From contig JANRLX010000111.1 in the NCBI GenBank assembly GCA_033762115.1, positions 33,807 to 97,806 on the forward strand: a stretch of 64,000 nt of DNA, written 5' to 3'. Origin of the DNA: Verrucomicrobiota bacterium. Lineage in GTDB: Bacteria; Verrucomicrobiota; Verrucomicrobiia; Limisphaerales; SXQI01. The notes under the pieces are model-generated. The model had not been told where the DNA came from. It saw only the letters and a program-made list of their open reading frames with translations, and did no database searches. Numbering within the stretch: position 1 is the first letter of the stretch; each line of letters starts with the position of its first letter. Position numbers and translations under genes: made by a program. Shown one piece after another: positions 1 to 8,979 of the stretch.

Positions 1-88
1 CCAGGATCAGAGAGATGACCAGCGCGGGGATGATCTGCGGTTTGCCAAAGCGAAACAGGGAGCGGCGGGTTTGCGTTTCAAAGGACAT
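1..88 (-). CDS. 5' fragment of a probable membrane protein (runs off the window edge)
   Basis: ATG at 88 reads MSFETQTRRSLFRFGKPQIIPALVISLIL with no stop before the edge. Confidence 0.35.
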   Translation of the reverse strand, partial: MSFETQTRRSLFRFGKPQIIPALVISLIL

Positions 89-245
89 TTTCCAGATCGC
101 ACGAATTTTGGGCAGTTCAATCAATCCGTCGATATTGATCATGGCTTAAATCCTCTCCTTGCACAATTCCCTGATTTGTGGGGCGTAAAAGCTTTAGCAA
201 AGAGTGTGCCTTTGGGAACAGCGGGGAAAAACCTGATTTTCAGGG

Positions 246-1337
246 CTAAAATTCGTAATAAAAACCAGTTTCGACAATATGTGCCTGGTATTCATCTGAA
301 ACATGGTTGCCAGAACCCAATTCATAATTGTATTCCCCAAAAGCGGAGAGTTCCTTCCAAATTTTTTGTTCCGCCCTGAAGCCTGCACCAGTCTCGGAAC
401 GGCGACGCAACGGCGGATCAGGGGGTTGAATTGTTTGATTCTGGTAACTGTATTTTACGTATCTCCCTGAGAGAGAGACTTCTCCGGTTTCCCAGCGCCA
501 TGTGAGACCGGCGGTCAGGCGAAAGCGGTCATAATCGAAGTAACCGGGTCCATTGTCCCGGTTGAAAAGATACCCGGCCTTGAACCGGCCTCGGCATCTT
601 CTGCGGGAATCAAAATTGTGACGGAGTTCCAGTTCTATCTCCTGCTGGGTAAATTCCAGGGAACTATCGGGAATAGCTGAGGAATCCAGTTCCAATTGTT
701 CACGCTCATCATAAAAGCGTTTTCTCCAGCTAAAAGCCAAACTTGTTTCGGAGCGATGACCATACTTTCTTCCAAAGCGGAGCTTCTCTCCCCATTCCCA
801 GGTATCATCAAGCGGAGACTCATAATTTTGACGGGCAGCGGGTAACTCGAGTTCCAGAAAATATTGTTGCCAATGCTTTTGTAAAATTGGGGTCAACCCC
901 AGGGTGTGCGATTTTAACGGGAGGGATTCGAGATTGGTTGTGGTAATGGAAACATCCACAACCTGATCATAATAAAGATAATCCGCTTTGATTCCTGCGA
1001 TCCAGCCATTGGCAAAACCATACTTGTAATCGGCCTGGGCCAGGAGCAGTTGCTCTTTATTCACTGTGTCACTGGAAAGGTAGCGTTTGTCTTCCAAAGT
1101 AAGAAAAAATGTGAATTCATTGCTGTCATACGGCAGGCGGAAAAGGCTGGCATCAAGCATTCCTCGAATAAAAGCGCTTTTCTCATGGTTGATCTCGGAA
1201 TGGAGCACATTATCCGAGTAGCCGACGCTGCCGCCGACCGTTGCAAAATAATCCCATGATGATGGCTCAGCAGCAGCCAGAGCAGAGCCGCTGAACGGAA
1301 TCAAGCAGACCAGGAGGAGTATGCGGATGAGATTCAA
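246..1337 (-). CDS. outer membrane beta-barrel protein
   Basis: Signal peptide, alternating aromatic beta-strands, C-terminal ...GFYYEF barrel signature. Confidence 0.75.
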   Translation of the reverse strand: MNLIRILLLVCLIPFSGSALAAAEPSSWDYFATVGGSVGYSDNVLHSEINHEKSAFIRGMLDASLFRLPYDSNEFTFFLTLEDKRYLSSDTVNKEQLLLAQADYKYGFANGWIAGIKADYLYYDQVVDVSITTTNLESLPLKSHTLGLTPILQKHWQQYFLELELPAARQNYESPLDDTWEWGEKLRFGRKYGHRSETSLAFSWRKRFYDEREQLELDSSAIPDSSLEFTQQEIELELRHNFDSRRRCRGRFKAGYLFNRDNGPGYFDYDRFRLTAGLTWRWETGEVSLSGRYVKYSYQNQTIQPPDPPLRRRSETGAGFRAEQKIWKELSAFGEYNYELGSGNHVSDEYQAHIVETGFYYEF

Positions 1338-1343
1338 TCAAAT

Positions 1344-1372
1344 AAAAAACCAGGCAAAGTTAATTTGCCTGG
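1344..1372 (-). terminator. intrinsic terminator-like hairpin
   Basis: CCAGGCAAA-gttaa-TTTGCCTGG stem followed by a T-run on the minus strand. Confidence 0.6.
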
Positions 1373-1432
1373 CTTTTGTTAAGTAACTTATTTCGAGTTG
1401 TCTAGCTTGGTGTGAACAGTTCCCAAATCATC

Positions 1433-1963
1433 TTAGTCGCGATCGCGTCCCCCGCGGCCCTCCTCGGCTTTCTCACTTTTAAATTTCCGGGTCTGTTCCT
1501 TGACTCTGTCCTTTGCCTCATCCAACTGTGCGGAGAATTGTTCCTTTAGGGCGTCCTTGCTCTCTCGCAATTTTGAAATGGTTTCCTTACGATCTTCCCT
1601 GGAAGCCCCTTTTTTCTGCCGTTGAGTCTGTTTTTGTTGCTCGATAAATGCACGGCGTTGGTCCTCAAAGCTTTGAACCATTTCCTTGACGGCGGTGGGG
1701 GTTTCCGGGACGTCTGTTTTCTCAGGGCGTTCCGGCTTTTCCTGATTAGGCTTCTCTTCCTTCGGCTTTTCTTCCTTTTCGGGCTTTTCCTGTTTTTTCT
1801 CTTTTTCCGGTTTTTCGGATTTGTCAGGCTGGTCCCCGGCGGCCATCAACTCAACAGCACGAAGGTTGGCTGCCTGTGCATTGGCTGAGGTTCCAGCCAT
1901 CAGGCCAAGTGCAAGAAGGGCAGCCAGCGTGCTAACTTTTAATCGATTGGTTTTCAAGTTCAT
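1433..1963 (-). CDS. secreted Lys/Glu-rich hypothetical protein (KPEK repeats, coiled coil)
   Basis: Start at MNLKTN gives a signal peptide ending ANA-QA; repeated EKPEK motifs. Confidence 0.65.
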   Translation of the reverse strand: MNLKTNRLKVSTLAALLALGLMAGTSANAQAANLRAVELMAAGDQPDKSEKPEKEKKQEKPEKEEKPKEEKPNQEKPERPEKTDVPETPTAVKEMVQSFEDQRRAFIEQQKQTQRQKKGASREDRKETISKLRESKDALKEQFSAQLDEAKDRVKEQTRKFKSEKAEEGRGGRDRD

Positions 1964-2030
1964 GGCGAAGGCTGGTCTTGAGCTTCCTGTTCGTTCATCG
2001 CTCCAAGAACAATCTCCACATTTTTGGATA

Positions 2031-2047
2031 TGCAGGCAGTGTGCCAA
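2031..2047 (-). promoter_or_regulatory. sigma-54 (-24/-12) promoter
   Basis: Minus strand TTGGCACACTGCCTGCA = TGGCAC-N5-CTGCA with exact GG-N10-GC spacing, about 70 nt upstream of the 1963 start. Confidence 0.6.
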
Positions 2048-2152
2048 CTATTTTATCCTATAAATGACCTTTTCGAGGTTCTTTTCTTAAGCGATTCTCT
2101 CGCAAGCCGTTTTTGTTTGGGGGAAAAGACCCAAACAGGTAGTCGTTAATTC

Positions 2153-3229
2153 TCAATCTGGCGCCGTTTCTCGTTTCGTCCCTTGCGCTGCCTGTCGGGC
2201 AAATACCTGGCGAATAATTTCTTCGATTGGGACTTCCTGAATATCGATATCAGAAACCGGCAATTCATCAAGCAAGGCTTTACAAACAGTGATTACCCGG
2301 TCTCGACTGACCTTGAGTTTAACGCTGGCGCTGTTCTGTTCGACGACGGTCCCATATTTGGCAAGGGAGTCAGCATTGATCCGATCAGCGGCCTCACTTT
2401 GGATGGTGACCAGTTTGAAATCTGCGAAGCGGTCCAGGACTTCCTCCAGCTTGCCATCAAAAAAGATGCGGCCCTCATCAATAATGATGACCCGTTCACA
2501 TAATTCCTGAATGTCCGCCATATAATGGCTGGTCAGGAGGATGGTGGTTTTGCGCCTGGTATTATGTGAGCGAAGAAATTCACGAACAGTTTTTTGTGAA
2601 ATGACATCGAGCCCGATGGTCGGTTCATCCAGAAAAAGGACCTTGGGATGATGCAAAAGGGCAGCGATCAGTTCCATTTTCATCCGTTCGCCAAGGGAAA
2701 GCTCGCGAACCATGACGTTTAGCTTGTCTTTAACATCGAGCAATTCGGACATTTCATCGACAGTGCGGAGGAGTTCCGAATGGGAAATGCCGTAAATCCT
2801 GGCATTTAGTTCGAGGGATTCACGCGCAGGAAGATCCCACCAAAGCTGGTTTTTTTGGCCGAGGAGCAGGGCAAATTGTCGTCGGTACCCATCATCCCGC
2901 TGCCATGGGGTGTAACCAAGGACTTTGGCGCTGCCTGAAGAGGGATAGAGAAGGCCAGCCAGCATTTTAAGAGTGGTGGTTTTGCCCGCGCCATTCGGGC
3001 CGAGAAATCCGACGAATTCTCCCTCGGCGACCCGGAACGTGATATCGCGGGCGGCATGGGTTAACTCATATTCCCGTTTAAAAAGACCGCGCAATGCGCC
3101 TTTGAAACCAGGGTGCTTTTTGTAGGTGCGGTATGTGCGGGTAAGGCCCTCCACCTCGATGACCGGTTGGTGTCTGCTATCCACTTGCAGGAGCAGATTA
3201 GAGGGGCTTTTCCGCGATGCAAGTCGCAA
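2153..3229 (-). CDS. ABC transporter ATP-binding protein (true start probably slightly downstream)
   Basis: Walker A GPNGAGKTT, signature LSLGERM, Walker B LFLDEPT, H-loop TSH. Confidence 0.9.
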   Translation of the reverse strand: MRLASRKSPSNLLLQVDSRHQPVIEVEGLTRTYRTYKKHPGFKGALRGLFKREYELTHAARDITFRVAEGEFVGFLGPNGAGKTTTLKMLAGLLYPSSGSAKVLGYTPWQRDDGYRRQFALLLGQKNQLWWDLPARESLELNARIYGISHSELLRTVDEMSELLDVKDKLNVMVRELSLGERMKMELIAALLHHPKVLFLDEPTIGLDVISQKTVREFLRSHNTRRKTTILLTSHYMADIQELCERVIIIDEGRIFFDGKLEEVLDRFADFKLVTIQSEAADRINADSLAKYGTVVEQNSASVKLKVSRDRVITVCKALLDELPVSDIDIQEVPIEEIIRQVFARQAAQGTKRETAPD

Positions 3230-3232
3230 GGA

Positions 3233-4648
3233 TCAACGTTGCAACTGACGCTCCAATGCGCTGACAGTCTGCCGGACTGTAGCATCCACTTCCATGCGAT
3301 CCTTCACCAGGCGGCAGGCATGGAGGACGGTCCCATGGTCCCGGCCGCCAAACGCTTCGCCAATGGTGTTCAGAGAGGATTCGGTCAGTTGCCGGGCAAG
3401 ATACATCGCGATTTGCCGGGGAAAAGCAATGTTTTCGGGGCGTCGTTTGCTGGTCATATCCGCGACACGGATATCAAAATGTTCAGCGACCTTTTTCTGG
3501 ATGACTTCAATGCTGATGGAAAAACGGCCTTCTTCGCTCAAGACATCCCGAAGCAACCCTTCGACCATTTCGACGTTCAGCTTTTTACCCGTCAAAGAGG
3601 CGTAGGAGGCAACCCGGATCAATGCGCCTTCCAGGCGGCGAATATTGGCGCGAATTCGCGTGGCCAGAAAATTGAGGACCTCCTCCGGAAGCTCGACCCC
3701 CATTGACTTCTCTTTCTTGCGGAGGATCGCCACACGGGTTTCGATATCTGGCGGCTGCATGTCAGTAACCAGCCCCCATTCAAAACGGGAGACCAGACGA
3801 TGCTCAAGATTTTGAATTTCCGCAGCGGGACGGTCGCAGGTCAGGACGATCTGTTTATGCGATTCGTGCAGGGCGTTAAAAGTATGGAAGAATTCCTCCT
3901 GGATACGTTCCTTGCCGGCAAGGAACTGGATATCATCAATCAACAGCACATCAGACTGGCGATATTTTTTGCGGAACCGGACCAGTTGATTATTCTGAAT
4001 GGCATCAATGTATTCGTTGGTAAATTTCTCGGAGGAAACATAGGCCACCCGAGCACCTTTTTTGCTGCTGGCGACGTGTTGACCGATGGCATGGAGCAAA
4101 TGAGTTTTGCCCAGGCCCACCCCACCATAGAGAAAGAGCGGGTTATATGATTTCCCGGGGTTTTGTGCGACAGCGAGGGCTGCGGCGTGGGCAAAGTTAT
4201 TATTATTGCCGACGACAAACGTCTCAAAGGTGTTTTTTGGGTTGAAGAGCAGGTCACGTTCTTTCCCGGAATTGGCCGCGGGGTGACGTTCCTGCGCCTC
4301 CTCATGAAGCACCTCCACCACCCGATTATCGGTGCGGGATGAGGAGGCAAGCTGCTGGTGGGAGGATTGGTTCGAGACCTTGAACTTCACAAGCAGTGAG
4401 CGGCCTGCGGAATGGGCAAGAACATCCTGGATCAAACCAAGATAATTGTCCTTGAGCCAGAGTTCACAAAAATCGTTGCTGACTTCGAGAGTGAAGGCAT
4501 CCTCTGATACGCTTGCAGCCCTGATCGGGGCGAACCAAAGGTTGTAAATTTCTGCGTTGAGGATCGAGCGGAGTAACTGTTGGGAAGCCGTCCAGATTTT
4601 ATCAGCTGGAAGTTCCATTGGGGCAGAGGTTTTCACCGATTTATTCAC
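3233..4648 (-). CDS. dnaA: chromosomal replication initiator DnaA
   Basis: YNPLFLYGGVGLGKTHL, LLIDDIQF, RLVSRFEWGL, domain IV GGRDHGTV. Confidence 0.98.
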   Translation of the reverse strand: MNKSVKTSAPMELPADKIWTASQQLLRSILNAEIYNLWFAPIRAASVSEDAFTLEVSNDFCELWLKDNYLGLIQDVLAHSAGRSLLVKFKVSNQSSHQQLASSSRTDNRVVEVLHEEAQERHPAANSGKERDLLFNPKNTFETFVVGNNNNFAHAAALAVAQNPGKSYNPLFLYGGVGLGKTHLLHAIGQHVASSKKGARVAYVSSEKFTNEYIDAIQNNQLVRFRKKYRQSDVLLIDDIQFLAGKERIQEEFFHTFNALHESHKQIVLTCDRPAAEIQNLEHRLVSRFEWGLVTDMQPPDIETRVAILRKKEKSMGVELPEEVLNFLATRIRANIRRLEGALIRVASYASLTGKKLNVEMVEGLLRDVLSEEGRFSISIEVIQKKVAEHFDIRVADMTSKRRPENIAFPRQIAMYLARQLTESSLNTIGEAFGGRDHGTVLHACRLVKDRMEVDATVRQTVSALERQLQR

Positions 4649-4937
4649 GTTCTGCTTGTTACCGGCTCGTAACAGAGATTTTTACCGGGGTGGACAGCCG
4701 GTGACAAAGCAAATTCCCAAATAAAATTGTCACAAAGCTCGGCGCTGTCTGTAGTGGAGACGGAAAATCTCTGGTAAACATTTTGTTATTAAGACCTTAT
4801 GTTAATTGCAGTAGGTCGGCCCTGATGCTCGGATCGTAACAATTTCTAATTGCTGATGGAGCGATCGTGCGACCTCCAGATGTTTAGGTGAATTGAGAAA
4901 GCGTGACGAGGACAACATATTAACTCTTATTGCCAAG

Positions 4938-4946
4938 TTATTCACA
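4938..4946 (+). promoter_or_regulatory. DnaA box upstream of dnaA
   Basis: TTATTCACA matches TTATNCACA; a near-match TTATTCACG overlaps the dnaA start (4641-4649). Confidence 0.55.
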
Positions 4947-5031
4947 GTGCGAAAACGTGCACTCAGGGAGATGGTAATCCTTGCCAAATGGAACCGAGTA
5001 CGCCTGGCAAAATGAATTGAAAAGAGGGGAA

Positions 5032-6282
5032 TCATATTTTCAGGAACAACTTTCGGCGATACATCCAGAAAAGAATCAGCCAAAGCAGTAGCAGTATGGT
5101 CATCCCCTGGATCAGGGAGGAAAAGGAGGGACCGAAAAGATTTAAATAACCGTCGCCGAGATGGGTTCTAATAGCGCTGCGAAAAAAGCCGATAAAAAGC
5201 CATTCCATAACATAAGCGGCAATGGAGTTCATCCCCACGACGACCAGAAAAAAAGACCACTTTTTCCACCTTTTGAAATCGATAATGGCGTAAAATCCCG
5301 CAAGAAAGAGGAAAGCAAAACCGCCGCTAAATAATGTCCAGGCCGGGGTCCAGATTCGTTTGACAATGGGACAAATCCCGCTCAGGTGCAGCAGGGATCC
5401 AAGGAATAACCCAGAAATCCCGGCAATGAGCAGGCGGATCATCTTTTCTTTCGCTGTGGTCTCCCGCTGGAGCCAGAGACCGGCAATTGAACCGAGCAGC
5501 ATGGTTCCAAGGGTGGGAATAAAACTGAGAGTGGAGTAACCGCCGCCATTGTTGAGGAAAGGACGTTCCCTGGGAAAAAGGTTCATGAACCAGGTATCAA
5601 AAGCCCAGGCGAAATTGCTGTTTTTGTTCCAATGCGCGGCAAATCCGCTCAAATGATGCGGCCAATCGACGGGAACTCCGGCCTGTTTCCAGTCAAAGTC
5701 AGGCCCGGGGAGCGGGTATAACGCGAATGCCAGCCAATAACCGACCATCAATACAGCAAACCAGAGCCATTGAATCTTTTCGGTTTTGCGACCGATCAGG
5801 AAAAGGAAGGTGTAGCCAAGGCCGATTTGGGTAAGGGTATCTTCAAAAGTGTAATTGGTGTGAGGTTTGCCGATGGAACGCAGGAAGATGCCGAGGAAAA
5901 TCAAAATCAATGAGCGACCAATGGCATGACGGAGCATCTGGCCAAACGTTTGGCCTTTTGCCACACGGCTTGCGAGGGAAAAAGGGAGAGCCACGCCCAC
6001 GAGAAAAGAAAAGGAGGGCTGGATAAGGTCATGCAACGTGCAGCCGACCCATTCCACATGACTTTGATGGTGGGCTAAAAATTTCCAGAATCCGCTGTCC
6101 GGATGTTGCGAGGCGACCTGCCCCAGCGCGAGAACTTCCCCGAGCATCAGGAGCATGACAAGGCCGCGGTAGGCGTCAATGGATGCCAGACGCTGTGGCA
6201 AAGCGGTCGCACTACTTGCAGGGTTCACAGCGAAAGAGTAATCGATGGCAGTTTTGCCACAAGATTCTTCCGGTCTTGCCAA
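5032..6282 (-). CDS. DUF5009 / heparan-alpha-glucosaminide N-acetyltransferase-like (NagX-type) membrane acyltransferase; true start probably near 6228
   Basis: RLASIDAYRG, DLIQPSFSFLVG, PIVKRIWT, GMNSIAAY motifs; many transmembrane helices. Confidence 0.8.
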   Translation of the reverse strand: MARPEESCGKTAIDYSFAVNPASSATALPQRLASIDAYRGLVMLLMLGEVLALGQVASQHPDSGFWKFLAHHQSHVEWVGCTLHDLIQPSFSFLVGVALPFSLASRVAKGQTFGQMLRHAIGRSLILIFLGIFLRSIGKPHTNYTFEDTLTQIGLGYTFLFLIGRKTEKIQWLWFAVLMVGYWLAFALYPLPGPDFDWKQAGVPVDWPHHLSGFAAHWNKNSNFAWAFDTWFMNLFPRERPFLNNGGGYSTLSFIPTLGTMLLGSIAGLWLQRETTAKEKMIRLLIAGISGLFLGSLLHLSGICPIVKRIWTPAWTLFSGGFAFLFLAGFYAIIDFKRWKKWSFFLVVVGMNSIAAYVMEWLFIGFFRSAIRTHLGDGYLNLFGPSFSSLIQGMTILLLLWLILFWMYRRKLFLKI

Positions 6283-6304
6283 TTTTTAACTACGACCCAC
6301 TCTT

Positions 6305-7396
6305 TTGGTGATGTCAGAATCGAGTTATTTGGCGACTGCTTTTCAGGGGAAGAAAACGTTGCAGGGAAGTTTGCGTTTCGAAGGGGAGACGCTGCATTTC
6401 GTTTCGAACGACGGAAGCCACGAGATGCCCCTGGGTGGGATGCGAACACGGGTTGGTGGATATAATGATGAACAAATATTCTTCGAGCATCCATCGCATC
6501 CTGAATTTTCCGTTTATACCCGAGACAAGCGGGTCGTGGAGGATGAATGCCTGGCACGCTTTCCGGATCTGGTGGCGCAATTGAGGGGTGGCCAAAAACG
6601 AAAAGTTTCCTATCGCAAGCCGCTGATTTTGTTGGGGGGGATCGTACTATTTTTCGTTATGCTCCTGCTGCTGCTGGTGATGCAGAAGGACCGGATTGTC
6701 GAAATTATTGTGGACAGGATTCCCCTGGAATGGGAGGTCAAGCTTGGGGAACAGTTGTTTAAGGCTGTGGCAGCTGACGGAGGGCTGGTTTCTGACCCGG
6801 AGCAGCAGACATATCTCGAAAGTGTTACGGGTCCCTTATTAAGGGGGGTGGACACAAAAGGCTTCACGGTCCGGTTTCATATCAAAACCGATACCAACGT
6901 GAACGCCTTTGCAATGCCGGGAGGAAATGTCGTGGTTTTTACCGGGTTGCTGGAGCGCGTCTCCCGGAAGGAGGAGCTTGCTGGAGTGCTGGCGCATGAA
7001 ATTGCCCATGTGACCCGGCGGCATGGGTTTCGTAAATTAGTGGAATCCGCAGGAATGCTGTTGCTGGTGCAGGCAATCGTCGGAAACCCGGAAGGGATCA
7101 TGGCAATCATCACAAGCAATTCGCAACGCCTGTTGAGCCAAAAATTTTCACGCGATTTCGAGCGGGAAGCCGATGATGAGGGGTGGGAATTTATGGTGGC
7201 GGCGAATATTGACCCACGAGGAATGGTGGATTTTTTCAAAAAGCTTCAGCAACTGGAGGGAAATGGAAGCGGCAGGACTTTCGAACTGCTTCTGACCCAT
7301 CCAACGACGGAAGAACGGATTGCGCGGTTGGAGAAACGTTGGGAAAAAATGGAAAATAAAACATTTCCTCCGCTTGGCCCATCCAAACGGGAGTAG
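6305..7396 (+). CDS. M48 family zinc metallopeptidase
   Basis: NAFAMPGG, HEIAH, FEREAD, THP motifs; one transmembrane helix. Confidence 0.9.
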   Translation: MVMSESSYLATAFQGKKTLQGSLRFEGETLHFVSNDGSHEMPLGGMRTRVGGYNDEQIFFEHPSHPEFSVYTRDKRVVEDECLARFPDLVAQLRGGQKRKVSYRKPLILLGGIVLFFVMLLLLLVMQKDRIVEIIVDRIPLEWEVKLGEQLFKAVAADGGLVSDPEQQTYLESVTGPLLRGVDTKGFTVRFHIKTDTNVNAFAMPGGNVVVFTGLLERVSRKEELAGVLAHEIAHVTRRHGFRKLVESAGMLLLVQAIVGNPEGIMAIITSNSQRLLSQKFSRDFEREADDEGWEFMVAANIDPRGMVDFFKKLQQLEGNGSGRTFELLLTHPTTEERIARLEKRWEKMENKTFPPLGPSKRE

Positions 7397-7397
7397 C

Positions 7398-7817
7398 TCA
7401 CCTGGCGGATTTGACCTTCAGGTTGCGAATCTTGCGCTGGATTTTGCTATAGCCTGAATGTTCCCGGATTTTTGCGAGATCCGGATCCTCCGCGAGCCAT
7501 TTGAAATCGCGATAGCCGAAATCAATGGCGTAACCCAGAGCGGTCAAGGCTTCATCAAGCCGGTCGGTAAGAGAGTAACTGCAGGCAAGATTATATTGGA
7601 TCAACGCATCACGAGGACGCAGTTTGGCCAATTTTTCATCAATTCGAAGGCCGTGGCTAAATTTGCCCCGTTTGGTGTAATCGTCACCAAGGATCTGCAA
7701 CGCGTCCACGTAAGCTGGATCACGTTTAACCACACCCTCTAAAAACCCAATTTCGATGTCCAAATCCCGGCGTTCCTGCCGGTTCAGCCTTTTGCGAGGC
7801 GCTGGTTTTTTAGGCAT
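7398..7817 (-). CDS. TPR-like (TPR end-of-group) protein
   Basis: YNLACSYSL ... GY ... DPDL pattern. Confidence 0.75.
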   Translation of the reverse strand: MPKKPAPRKRLNRQERRDLDIEIGFLEGVVKRDPAYVDALQILGDDYTKRGKFSHGLRIDEKLAKLRPRDALIQYNLACSYSLTDRLDEALTALGYAIDFGYRDFKWLAEDPDLAKIREHSGYSKIQRKIRNLKVKSAR

Positions 7818-7953
7818 ACAATATTGCGCGCGGAATCATTACATAGCGGATTTTGAAGTCAAGCAACTCACCCGCCGTAATTGTTCCTCCATTGTGAAAA
7901 GCAAGTTACATTCCACCCTGAGGAAACGATGTGTGTTTACCCTTAAGCTTTTG

Positions 7954-8979
7954 TCAGGCCTGGTCGCGGACCATCTCATAAAGTCGATTCCAGCGACGTG
8001 GAAAATAATGGGCTGAAATGGTTTGAAAAATGATCTGCCGGACGTTTTTACGAGGAATTTTGATTGGGATTCCCGGATCAAGAATTTTGCCGATTTTAAG
8101 TTTTTGAACCGTTTGAATACCAATCAGGACAGGCCATGCACAGGCAAGGCGGACCCTGACCTGATTCCGCGGCAGCGCATTGGTGTATCGCCAGCCAGCT
8201 TCGAGGAAATTTTCAGCTTTTTTCAGAAGCGGATTGTAAACAGCCCGAAAGGTGGGTTCATTGTTGGGATCGAGCAGGGCGGCAGGAGCCATTCCGATCC
8301 GGTTGAGTGCTTCTTCCGGGATGTAACAACGGCCATTTGCCAGGTCTCGTGGAATGTCTCGGAGAATATTGACGAGTTGAAGGCCCTGGCCGAAACGCTT
8401 CCCATCTTCGAGAAGCTGCTTCCTGAGATCAGCGGTGGCAGGAAATAACCGAAGCAAACAGATTTCTGTCCAGAACTCACCCACACAACCAGCCACCCGC
8501 CAAGTGTAATCCTCCAGTTCATCCGTGGTCTTGAGCGCGTGGACAACGCCGGGGTGAGGAGTGCCAAAGCGGCGCAAATCCAATTCCTGGCCACTGGTAA
8601 TGGTGTCCAGCACCTGCTGGATTAATCGTCGTTCTGTTTCCTGGGTGGAGCGAAGCAGCTGGAGGACGCTGGGAAGCTCTTGCAAAAGAAATTTTTCAGC
8701 GGAAGCGGACTGGCAGCTGGCGAGAGAAAAAAAATCAGGCGCGGGACCAGATCCTGAAAGGATGGCGGCGCGGAGCTCTTGCAATTTCTGCAACCTCTTT
8801 TCAACGGGCACCAGTTCAGTGTCCGCAATGGTATCTGTAGCGCGGGCCAAAAGGTAGGCCAGGCCGATTTGCCCTCTTACAGCCGAAGGCATGACCCGGA
8901 TGGTCAGATAGAATGAGCGTGAAACTGCCTTAAGCAGGGGAAGCAATTCCTGCTGAGGTCGGGATGACATTGGGATCAA
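7954..8979 (-). CDS. squalene/phytoene synthase family protein
   Basis: VSRSF, DTIAD, YTWRVAGCVG, GLQLVNILRD, GRCYIP. Confidence 0.88.
   Translation of the reverse strand: MIPMSSRPQQELLPLLKAVSRSFYLTIRVMPSAVRGQIGLAYLLARATDTIADTELVPVEKRLQKLQELRAAILSGSGPAPDFFSLASCQSASAEKFLLQELPSVLQLLRSTQETERRLIQQVLDTITSGQELDLRRFGTPHPGVVHALKTTDELEDYTWRVAGCVGEFWTEICLLRLFPATADLRKQLLEDGKRFGQGLQLVNILRDIPRDLANGRCYIPEEALNRIGMAPAALLDPNNEPTFRAVYNPLLKKAENFLEAGWRYTNALPRNQVRVRLACAWPVLIGIQTVQKLKIGKILDPGIPIKIPRKNVRQIIFQTISAHYFPRRWNRLYEMVRDQA

Noticed and set aside
4780..4807. dif-like site (TTATGTTAATT resembles the XerD arm)
   Set aside because: The XerC arm at the required 6-bp spacing (ATTTTGTTATT) lacks the conserved ATAA; may be chance in AT-rich DNA
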